DNA of 64,000 bases, from NCBI GenBank assembly GCA_038247415.1, contig JBBRUX010000011.1, forward strand, positions 10-64,009, in the 5' to 3' direction. A program made the position numbers and the translations under genes. Below, one piece after another: positions 9,486 through 17,423 of this stretch. Source of the stretch: Chitinivibrionales bacterium. Its GTDB lineage: Bacteria > Fibrobacterota > Chitinivibrionia > Chitinivibrionales > WJKA01. The notes beneath the pieces are model-generated. The model ran no database searches, was not told the origin of the DNA, and saw only the letters and a program-made list of their open reading frames with translations. Within the stretch, counting starts at the first letter, position 1; each line of letters starts with the position of its first letter.

Positions 9486-11657
9486 ATGCCTATTTTTTGC
9501 TCACAAAAACTTACTGCAATTTCTATCCTGCTTGGCCTAATTTTTTCAGGAACAATACAAGCCGACTGGCTCTTTGATCCAGTAATTAAGCCCAAAGCAA
9601 CCACTGATGGCTTAGATACCCTTCGATACTCATTTTATACTCCCACCACTCAAGCTGAAAAAAAATACCCTCTTGTCGTGCATTTGCACTCTTTAGGAAC
9701 TGGTCCACAGAACCTTGATCATACACAGCCAATTTTCACAATGCTGACTGATTCAAAAACCCAATCAGCAAGTCCACACTTTATTATGGGTCCGGTTTGT
9801 CCACAACAATTCGAATCGGATTCAAAACCGCATTGGTGGCAGCAATGGAAATGGGTTAACGCAGACTGGCATGATCCTTCATATTCAATTGATAGCGTTC
9901 AAATTAGTACATCCATGCAGTGGGTAATTGACGAAATAAAAGTACTATGCCAGTATTATCAAATAGACACAAATAGAATACATGTTGTTGGTGGATCAAT
10001 GGGCGGCATGGGAACATGGGATGCAATTTGTAGAAATCCTAAATTATTTGCTTCAGCATCCCCGCTTTCAGGACCCGGGGACCCATCCATTGGAGCAGCA
10101 CTAACACACTTAGCAATTTGGTCATTTTTAAGAGAAGGTGATCAAACAACTCCGCCAGCAGGACCAGAAAATATGATTAATGCTATTCGGACTGCAGGTG
10201 GCCTACCCAAACTTACCCGTTTTGATGCTGGTCAATCACACTTATACTCCCAAGTGTGGTGGCCTAGCGCACCCGAATACACCCCTGAACAAATTCCTTG
10301 GATGCTACGTCAGGTAAAAAGTAGCTCTGCACCAGGGAAAATCACCGGAGTAACTGCAACTCCCTCTGGTTCATACATTACTAATCTTAAGTGGGATGCC
10401 ACAAATGATTCCATTGGGGACCCTCTGCGGATTCATTATCAGGTTTTTAGAGGAGCTACCCTCATAAAAACAACTGATAGCACAAACTATGCCGACACAT
10501 CTTTTGAACTCCAAGAAGGCAAAACATATTCTTATACAGTTAAGGCATTCAATGACAATTGTTATTTTGGACCAACAAGTGACCAGGCTATTATAAGCGC
10601 TATGCCAATAGATAACACCTTACCATCTATTCTTGACGCTATGGATATTGGGGACTCCACAACGGTTCTTGTTACGTTTACAGAAAGAGTTGATCCTGTT
10701 TCAGCAAAAAATAGCGCAAACTACAAGATCGTCCCAGCCCTTACAATATCCACGGCAACTCTGCAACCAGATAACAAATCAGTCAAATTAGGCGTTCAGC
10801 AAATGACGTTACACAAAGCTTATTCTGTGACAGTTAACAATGTTAAAGATCGAACCGGCAGAAACATCCTAGCCAGTAACAGTTCCGCCTCCTTTACCTA
10901 CGACTACAAGCGGGGTCTTAGCTACGAATATTTTGAATTCGACCAAGCACCCACAGATTTCAACAGTTTTAATGGTGCAACAATTAAAAGTACAGGAGTT
11001 TCTGATTGGCTTGGAATAATCTCGCCACGTCGTAGCACTAATTATGGCATTCACCATACGGGCGCAATTATCGCATATGAGCCAGGGGTATATACATTCA
11101 GCACAAATGGAGAAGATGGGACACGAATTTATATCGATGGAAACTTGATAGTAGATAATCCTATAACCCCTGCTTACAAAGAGGGTTCCATAATGCTAAC
11201 CCGTGGTAAACATGCTCTTGAAGCGTACTACTTCCAGAGCAGTGGTCCAGAAGTATGGGAATCCCGTTTCGCAGGGCCAGGTTTTGAAAGACGACTTCTT
11301 TTTCCTACAGATTTAATGCATAACCCAGATAAAAGCCCCACAAGCTTGCAACCAAAAACCCATGCTCAGATTTTTACATCTACTATATCCCTGTCAACCA
11401 GCTATTTAGGCAAGGGCGTAATAAAAATCTGCTACGCAATTCCAGGCGAAGTTGGCTCTTTTGTCAAAACTAGGCTATCAATTTATAATTTACAAGGGAG
11501 ATTAGTGCAAGATTTAGTTAACCTGCCTGCATCTTCTGGTAATCACGAAATCTTGTTGAATACACCACAAAACCTTAGCGCTCTGCGAGGGCATTATATC
11601 GCAAAATTACAAACCGCTAATTTTGAAAAAAGTATCCTTTTCAGTACAGTCAAGTAA
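9486..11657 (+). CDS. Secreted alpha/beta-hydrolase (esterase/peptidase) + FN3 + Ig-like + PA14 + C-terminal sorting domain
   Basis: Signal peptide; YPLVVHLH; RIHVVGGSMGGMGTW nucleophile elbow; YSYTVKAFN (FN3); GLSYEYF...YTFSTNGEDGTRIYIDG (PA14); IYNLQGRLV tail. Confidence 0.8.
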   Translation: MPIFCSQKLTAISILLGLIFSGTIQADWLFDPVIKPKATTDGLDTLRYSFYTPTTQAEKKYPLVVHLHSLGTGPQNLDHTQPIFTMLTDSKTQSASPHFIMGPVCPQQFESDSKPHWWQQWKWVNADWHDPSYSIDSVQISTSMQWVIDEIKVLCQYYQIDTNRIHVVGGSMGGMGTWDAICRNPKLFASASPLSGPGDPSIGAALTHLAIWSFLREGDQTTPPAGPENMINAIRTAGGLPKLTRFDAGQSHLYSQVWWPSAPEYTPEQIPWMLRQVKSSSAPGKITGVTATPSGSYITNLKWDATNDSIGDPLRIHYQVFRGATLIKTTDSTNYADTSFELQEGKTYSYTVKAFNDNCYFGPTSDQAIISAMPIDNTLPSILDAMDIGDSTTVLVTFTERVDPVSAKNSANYKIVPALTISTATLQPDNKSVKLGVQQMTLHKAYSVTVNNVKDRTGRNILASNSSASFTYDYKRGLSYEYFEFDQAPTDFNSFNGATIKSTGVSDWLGIISPRRSTNYGIHHTGAIIAYEPGVYTFSTNGEDGTRIYIDGNLIVDNPITPAYKEGSIMLTRGKHALEAYYFQSSGPEVWESRFAGPGFERRLLFPTDLMHNPDKSPTSLQPKTHAQIFTSTISLSTSYLGKGVIKICYAIPGEVGSFVKTRLSIYNLQGRLVQDLVNLPASSGNHEILLNTPQNLSALRGHYIAKLQTANFEKSILFSTVK

Positions 11658-11677
11658 AATACATTCTTCGCAAATAT

Positions 11678-11729
11678 AGTGACTAGTGGTTAGTTTAGAT
11701 ATGAAAGTGGCCAGTGATTAGTGACTAGT
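11678..11729 (+). repeat. Short tandem AGTG-NNN heptamer repeats left of the IS630
   Basis: AGTGACT AGTGGTT AGT and AGTGGCC AGTGATT AGTGACT AGT read directly. Confidence 0.6.
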
Positions 11730-12670
11730 ACCATGTAACACATAAACTTTCGCATTATTTATAGCCAAGACAACCATACAAAGGAGGTTGTCTTGGCTAT
11801 ACCATACAAAGTAGCATTGACTGATGAGGAGAGGCAGGAACTCACGCAAATGACAATGGATGGTCAAACGCCATCAAAAAATTCTTAAATGCAAGAGCAC
11901 TTCTCCTATGTGATGCGGGGGAGCAAGGGCTTGCTTGGGCTATGGCCGATATTGCCGAAGCCCTTGGTGTTACATCCAGAACGATTGAACATTTAAAGAA
12001 GCGATTTGTTGAAGAGGGATTCGAGGAAGCCCTTGGAAGAAAACAACGAGAAACGCCACCGAGAGAAATTGTCTATGATGAGTCGTTTGAAGCACGGCTA
12101 ATGCAGCTGGCTTGTTCTGATGCGCCAGACGGGTACAAGAGATGGACCGTTCGCCTGTTATCAGAAAAAGCTGTTGAATTAGGAATTTCGCTAACTTGTT
12201 CGCCAATGGCTGTTTGTCGCACTTTAAAAAAAACGAATTTCAACCTCATCGGAGCAAATGCTGGAAAATACCGCCAGATCAAAACGCAGCCTTCGTAGCC
12301 AACATGGAGGATGTTTTAAATGTTTACAAAAGACCATATGATTCACAGTATCACGTCGTTTGCATGGATGAGTCCAGTAAACAATTGATAGGCGAAGTCA
12401 CAAAGCCAATACCGGCAGCTCCTGGGCATCCAGAATTGAAAGATGATGAATATGTACGCAATGGCGTTGCAAAAATAGAGCTGAGCGTATTGAAAGGGCA
12501 GTGCCTCGCAGAGAGAATTCCCTAAATGAAAAGCATGCAGAAGGAAATCGTGGCGTGGGAGAAGGATCGGAATAATAAGCAAGCCAAAGTAAATTGGCAG
12601 TTTACAACCGCAGATGCAAGGATTAAACTGAAACGACTTTACCCGAAACTTTAAATGTTACGAGGCACTA
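11726..12670 (+). mobile_element. IS630-family insertion sequence, defective
   Basis: Imperfect 27-bp terminal inverted repeats (TAGTACCATGTAACACATAAACTTTCG vs reverse complement TAGTGCCTCGTAACATTTAAAGTTTCG). TA/CTAG at both ends. orfA/orfB transposase inside. Confidence 0.9.
11793..12654 (+). pseudogene. IS630 transposase pseudogene (orfA HTH + orfB DDE)
   Basis: orfA has LACSDAPDGYKRWTVRLL; an A-run slippery site lies at ~12225-12233; orfB has MEDVLNVY, VVCMDESSKQL, IELSVL and WQFTTADARIKLKRLYP. Lesions: frameshift ~11876-11881, internal deletion ~12471, in-frame TAA 12523-12525. Confidence 0.85.
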
Positions 12671-12706
12671 GTTGTTAGTAAGAAAATTGCAGCTGGATCT
12701 GATTTT

Positions 12707-12760
12707 ACTCCCCACTGGCAACTAATCACTTCCCCACTCTCCACTAAACACTTTCCCCAT
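12707..12760 (-). repeat. AGTG-NNN heptamer tandem array overlapping the 3' end of the PHP gene
   Basis: Minus strand reads AGTGTTT AGTGGAG AGTGGGGA AGTGATT AGTTGCC AGTGGGG AGT. Confidence 0.6.
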
Positions 12761-13456
12761 CTTCCTCTCCTCCACAAAAGCAAATGCCTTTTCCGCAGTA
12801 TCATTGACCAAGAGCTCCGCAGGAAACTCCATTTTTGCGATAATAGCTTGGGCATGATCATCAACGCCAACTTCATTGATGGTATGCGCATCAGACGTTA
12901 TTGCCATACGACAACTACATTTTTTACACGCGGCAACTAAATCAAGCGTTGTTTTGTGCGCAACACGGCCAAGCATATCTTTAGAATTATTAAGTTCGAT
13001 AACAAGATTTCTTTTTGCACACAAAGACGCAATTTTTTCAAAATCCACCAGATACGTTTCATCATTGGGATGGGTAATAATATCCAGATAGGGATTGTTT
13101 ACAATAGCCGATTCTAAAAGTCTGGTGTATTCTGCCACCCCTTGCCCCACAGGAGTATTAGGATGAATACCCAAGAGTATCAGATCTACCCACGGCATAA
13201 AGCGATGAGGAAAATCGATTTCTCCCTCTTTTTCTGTTAAGTTGCATTCTACGCCCTTAAGCAAGCGGATACCAGGCACCGGATCGAAAAGTCGATCGAA
13301 AAAAGTTGACGGCAAGCGGCCATGAAGATTAAGCCCATGATCGGTAATTGCCATTCCTTGCATACCAAGGTCACGCGCACGTGTTAGCATTTCTAAAACA
13401 CTATGGGTACCGCACATTGAAAAATGGGAATGTGCATGAAAATCTACCGCAATCAT
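12722..13456 (-). CDS. PHP-domain phosphatase (YcdX-like)
   Basis: DFHAHS, AITDHG, GVECN, IITHP, ELNNS and SDAH metal-binding motifs. Confidence 0.9.
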   Translation of the reverse strand: MIAVDFHAHSHFSMCGTHSVLEMLTRARDLGMQGMAITDHGLNLHGRLPSTFFDRLFDPVPGIRLLKGVECNLTEKEGEIDFPHRFMPWVDLILLGIHPNTPVGQGVAEYTRLLESAIVNNPYLDIITHPNDETYLVDFEKIASLCAKRNLVIELNNSKDMLGRVAHKTTLDLVAACKKCSCRMAITSDAHTINEVGVDDHAQAIIAKMEFPAELLVNDTAEKAFAFVEERKMGKVFSGEWGSD

Positions 13457-13494
13457 ATATTAGCCTCTCATAAACTCAAAACAAGAAAAATGGA

Positions 13495-14088
13495 TTATGG
13501 TTCAAGTGCAACTTCAATTTTCATATCGCGAATTTTTTCGTACACGCGTCGCATCCGAAGCACTGCCCACCAATCGTACAAAAAAACCTGGATAGGCCGC
13601 CACATGGCAACCCATCCACAAATATTTAAACCTTCAGCAAGAATAGACCCAAAGGCATTATCCCCAAAAGACACAACAACTCGCTGCAGCGTTATACAAA
13701 TAATTAAAAATGAGAGCCCAATAAAAAGCGATGTTCTTCCTTGACGCATGCAGTAGACAAATTCTTTATGGGTAATTCCTGCCAAGTAATCGAAATAATG
13801 ATACAGCGCATCGGGCACTATCTTGGCACCCTCTTGTATTGCTTCTGCTGGCAAATAAACTTCGAGTCGAAGGAGAGTTTTAAGATGAAAACTCTTGACG
13901 GTATCGACAATATATCGTTCGGCATCGCTATCGATATCTTTCTCCCAGAAAGGGGAAGGATCCAGCGAATTAAAAAGCTGACGCACATCATTGAGTTTGA
14001 GCTCTATGAGATAATATCGGCCATCACGTTTATACCGCGATTCGAAACGGCGGGTCGAATACACTGGTGCTGGCGGATTATTCTGCAT
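13495..14088 (-). CDS. Conserved hypothetical membrane protein
   Basis: QLFNSLDPSPF.EKDID and GWVAMWRPIQVFLYDWW motifs; two C-terminal hydrophobic segments. Confidence 0.75.
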   Translation of the reverse strand: MQNNPPAPVYSTRRFESRYKRDGRYYLIELKLNDVRQLFNSLDPSPFWEKDIDSDAERYIVDTVKSFHLKTLLRLEVYLPAEAIQEGAKIVPDALYHYFDYLAGITHKEFVYCMRQGRTSLFIGLSFLIICITLQRVVVSFGDNAFGSILAEGLNICGWVAMWRPIQVFLYDWWAVLRMRRVYEKIRDMKIEVALEP

Positions 14089-14119
14089 ACAGCCCCTTCT
14101 GCTTTAAACATCGTATATT

Positions 14120-14152
14120 AAAAAAGCAAGGTGATAGCCACCTTGCTTTTTT
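14120..14152. terminator. Intrinsic terminator downstream of ppdK
   Basis: AAAAAAGCAAGGTG-ATAGC-CACCTTGCTTTTTT hairpin with A/T tracts on both sides. Confidence 0.85.
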
Positions 14153-14176
14153 AAGAGACATTACAGACCAGAAAAA

Positions 14177-17095
14177 TTACTTTTTCTTGCCTTTTTTAGC
14201 TCCTGGCTTTGCCTTAGGAGCAACCTTTTTAACAGGTGCATCTTTTTTAGCAACGGGCTTTGCTACTGCCTTTTTTGCTGGAGCAGCTTTTTTGGCTGCT
14301 GGAGCTTTCTGAGCAGCTGGTTTCTTAGCAATCATTGGATTAGCAGCAGCGTCGAGTGCGGCTTGTGCAGCTGCAAGGCGTGCTATGGGTACTCGGTATG
14401 GTGAGCAGCTTACATAGTCCATTCCTGCAGCAACGCAGAACTTGACTGATTTTGCTTCGCCACCATGTTCGCCACAGATACCAACCTTAAGATTAGGACG
14501 CGTTGTGCGACCAAGCTTGATACCCATCTTGACAAGTTGACCAACACCACTCTGATCGAGTGACTGGAATGGATCGTCTTTGAAAATTGCTTTTCCACCT
14601 TCGTTTTCGCCCATTGAATAAATAGGCAAGAATCGACCCGCATCGTCGCGAGAAAGACCAAGGGTCATTTGTGTAAGATCGTTTGTTCCAAAGCTGAAGA
14701 ATTCAGCAGTTTCAGCAATTTCGTCTGCCAAAAGAGCTGCGCGAGGAATTTCGATCATGGTACCAACCATATAAGGAACCTTGATACCAGATGCCTTTAT
14801 GAGAGCATCCGCAATTTCACGGGTCTGCTTTTCGAGAATTTGAAATTCTTTTTTGTCGATAACAAGGGGATGCATGATTTCAGGCAAAACCTTGATACCT
14901 TTTTTCGTGCATTCGATTGCAGCTTGGATGATAGCTGTAACCTGCATTTCGAGAATTTCTGGATACGTGATGCACAAGCGACAACCGCGATGACCAAGCA
15001 TTGGGTTTGACTCATGCAACTGTTCGCAGCGATGGGTAATTTTTTCTGCAGACAATCCGGTGATCTGAGAAAGCTTAGCCACACCCGCAGCATCTTTTGG
15101 AGTAAACTCATGCAATGGAGGATCGATAAGTCGAATGGTAACAGGAAGCCCGTTCATTGCAGTAAAGATACCAGCAAAGTCTGCCCGCTGAATAGGTAGA
15201 AGTTTTGCCAGAGCTTTTTTGCGTGTTTCGAGATTTTCTGCAACAATCATTTCCTGAATAGCAAGACGACGTTCTTCGGTATCAAAGAACATGTGTTCGG
15301 TACGGCACAATCCAATTCCCTGTGCACCCATCTTGATTGCATTTTCAGCATCGTATGGTGTATCTGCATTGGTACGCACTTTAATAGTGCGGATTTTGTC
15401 GGCCCATCCCATAAGTGTGTAAAAACTTTCGGGAAGGATTGGCTTCTTAAGCGGCAAAGAACCAGTGTACACATCCCCCAAAGATCCATCAAGAGTGAGC
15501 CAATCACCTTGATTAATAATCTTGCCACCAATTGTCATTTGTTTCTTTTCATAATTGATGTCGAGGGCTTCGCATCCTACGACGCAGCATTTTCCCCAAC
15601 CACGAGCAACCACCGCAGCATGAGATGTTTTGCCACCCGTTGCGGTAAGAATACCTTGTGCCGCATGCATACCACCAACATCTTCGGGGCTTGTTTCTTT
15701 ACGAACAAGAAGAACTTTTTCTCCTGCAGCAGCCATAGCTTCGGCTTCGGCAGCGGTAAAAACAACTTTACCAGCAGCAGATCCAGGAACAGCGTTGATA
15801 CCAGAAGCAATCTTGGCATTCTTAAGCTGTTCTTTGCCAACTTTTTCACTGTCGATAACAGGATAGAAAAGGCGTTCGATGTCATCTGAATTTACACGGG
15901 CAACAGCCTGTTCTTTTGTAATAACCGGTTTCACAGCAAGAGCAGCATATTGTGCAGGAAGATATTTCTTCTTGACAAGATCGGCAGCCTTTGCTTTAGA
16001 AAGAAGCGGTTGTGTGGCTTGCTCAACTGCAATTTGAAAGGCAGCAGCAGGCGAACGCTTGCCGGTACGGCACTGAAGCATGAAAAGCTTTTCTTCTTCA
16101 ACCGTAAATTCGAGATCCTGCATTTCTTTGTAGTAGCTCTCAAGAATAGCGCGCACTGCACAAAGTTGGTCGAACACCTTAGGCATTTGATCTTCGAGTG
16201 CAGAAAGCTTAAGAGGGGTACGAATACCAGCAACAACATCTTCGCCCTGAGCGTTAATAAGATAGTCGCCGTAGAATGTGTTTTCGCCGGTGTTGGGGTC
16301 GCGGGTAAAGCAGACGCCGGTACCCGAAGAGTCACCCTTGTTGCCATAAATCATTTGTACAACATTGACGGCGGTTCCCTTGAGGTCGGTGATCTTTTCA
16401 ACGCGACGATAGGTGATGGACTTCTCAGCTTCCCAGGAACCAAACACCGCCTTGATTGCACCCCAAAGCTGATCGAGAGGATCCTGCGGAAATTCGGAGC
16501 CTTTCTTTTCCTTGTAAAAATCTTTGAACTGATTGCAAAGTTCTTTTAAACTTTCTGCAGGAATTTCTGGGTCGTTCTTGATGCCGAGTTTGTTCTTCAT
16601 GGCATGAAGCATGTGCTCCATCGGATCTTTTGAAAGGCCCATGGCCGTTGTCGAAAACATCTGGATAAAACGGCGATAGGAGTCGTAGGCAAAACGAGCG
16701 TTACCGGTTTTTGCAGCAAGACCTTCAACCGATTTGTCGTTGAGACCGAGGTTAAGAATTGTCTCGAGCATACCGGGCATCGAACGAGCCGCACCCGATC
16801 GTACCGATACCAGCAGAGGATCCTTAGCATCGCCAAGTTTCTTGCCCGTGCACTTTTCAAGTTTCTTCAGGGATTCGAGAACTTCCTTTTCCATGCCAAC
16901 GGGAAACTTGCGATTGAGATTGTAGTACTCTTCGCAGGTGGGGATACTGACTGTGAAACCGGCAGGAACCGGCAAACCGATCGAGGTCATCTCCATGAGG
17001 CCGATGCCCTTACCGCCCAAAACATCTTTGGTTAGATTTGAGCCGGTTGCTTCAGCTTTACCACCGCCATAAAAAAACACATGCTTATTGGCCAT
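14177..17095 (-). CDS. ppdK: Pyruvate, phosphate dikinase with Lys/Ala/Pro-rich C-terminal tail
   Basis: PLLVSVRSGA, NAQGEDVVAGIRTP, GGKTSHAAVVARG (phospho-His), GIGLCRTEHMF, FSFGTNDLTQ, GICGEHGG, VSCSPYRVPIARLAAAQ. Confidence 0.97.
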   Translation of the reverse strand: MANKHVFFYGGGKAEATGSNLTKDVLGGKGIGLMEMTSIGLPVPAGFTVSIPTCEEYYNLNRKFPVGMEKEVLESLKKLEKCTGKKLGDAKDPLLVSVRSGAARSMPGMLETILNLGLNDKSVEGLAAKTGNARFAYDSYRRFIQMFSTTAMGLSKDPMEHMLHAMKNKLGIKNDPEIPAESLKELCNQFKDFYKEKKGSEFPQDPLDQLWGAIKAVFGSWEAEKSITYRRVEKITDLKGTAVNVVQMIYGNKGDSSGTGVCFTRDPNTGENTFYGDYLINAQGEDVVAGIRTPLKLSALEDQMPKVFDQLCAVRAILESYYKEMQDLEFTVEEEKLFMLQCRTGKRSPAAAFQIAVEQATQPLLSKAKAADLVKKKYLPAQYAALAVKPVITKEQAVARVNSDDIERLFYPVIDSEKVGKEQLKNAKIASGINAVPGSAAGKVVFTAAEAEAMAAAGEKVLLVRKETSPEDVGGMHAAQGILTATGGKTSHAAVVARGWGKCCVVGCEALDINYEKKQMTIGGKIINQGDWLTLDGSLGDVYTGSLPLKKPILPESFYTLMGWADKIRTIKVRTNADTPYDAENAIKMGAQGIGLCRTEHMFFDTEERRLAIQEMIVAENLETRKKALAKLLPIQRADFAGIFTAMNGLPVTIRLIDPPLHEFTPKDAAGVAKLSQITGLSAEKITHRCEQLHESNPMLGHRGCRLCITYPEILEMQVTAIIQAAIECTKKGIKVLPEIMHPLVIDKKEFQILEKQTREIADALIKASGIKVPYMVGTMIEIPRAALLADEIAETAEFFSFGTNDLTQMTLGLSRDDAGRFLPIYSMGENEGGKAIFKDDPFQSLDQSGVGQLVKMGIKLGRTTRPNLKVGICGEHGGEAKSVKFCVAAGMDYVSCSPYRVPIARLAAAQAALDAAANPMIAKKPAAQKAPAAKKAAPAKKAVAKPVAKKDAPVKKVAPKAKPGAKKGKKK

Positions 17096-17423
17096 CAGTT
17101 CCTCCGAGTGAATCAGGTGTGTATAAAAAGTACGAAAACGTGTCGCAAAAGCAAATTAATCAAGATGCTAAAATACATCTCACCAAGAGCATAATTCAAT
17201 GATTTTTGAGAGATATAAAAGGTTAAACAAAATACTAACAATTGATTGTGCTAAATGTGCCAATTATGACATCTAAACCTACAGATGTCAAGAATTTCAA
17301 GACAAAAATATTTTTTAAAGAGATGGAGAAGGCAACCTTAAACACCCCTATTTATTTTATTAATTGAGCTGCTTATAAAGTTTATTCATGAACCTTTTTA
17401 CTATCACATTCAATTGAGGAATT

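Noticed and set aside
11678-12760. Short repeats as a CRISPR array
   Set aside because: Units are 7 nt and contiguous, with no spacers and no cas genes.
15293-16549. Two ~200-aa plus-strand ORFs
   Set aside because: Antisense to ppdK; explained by codon bias of a highly expressed gene.
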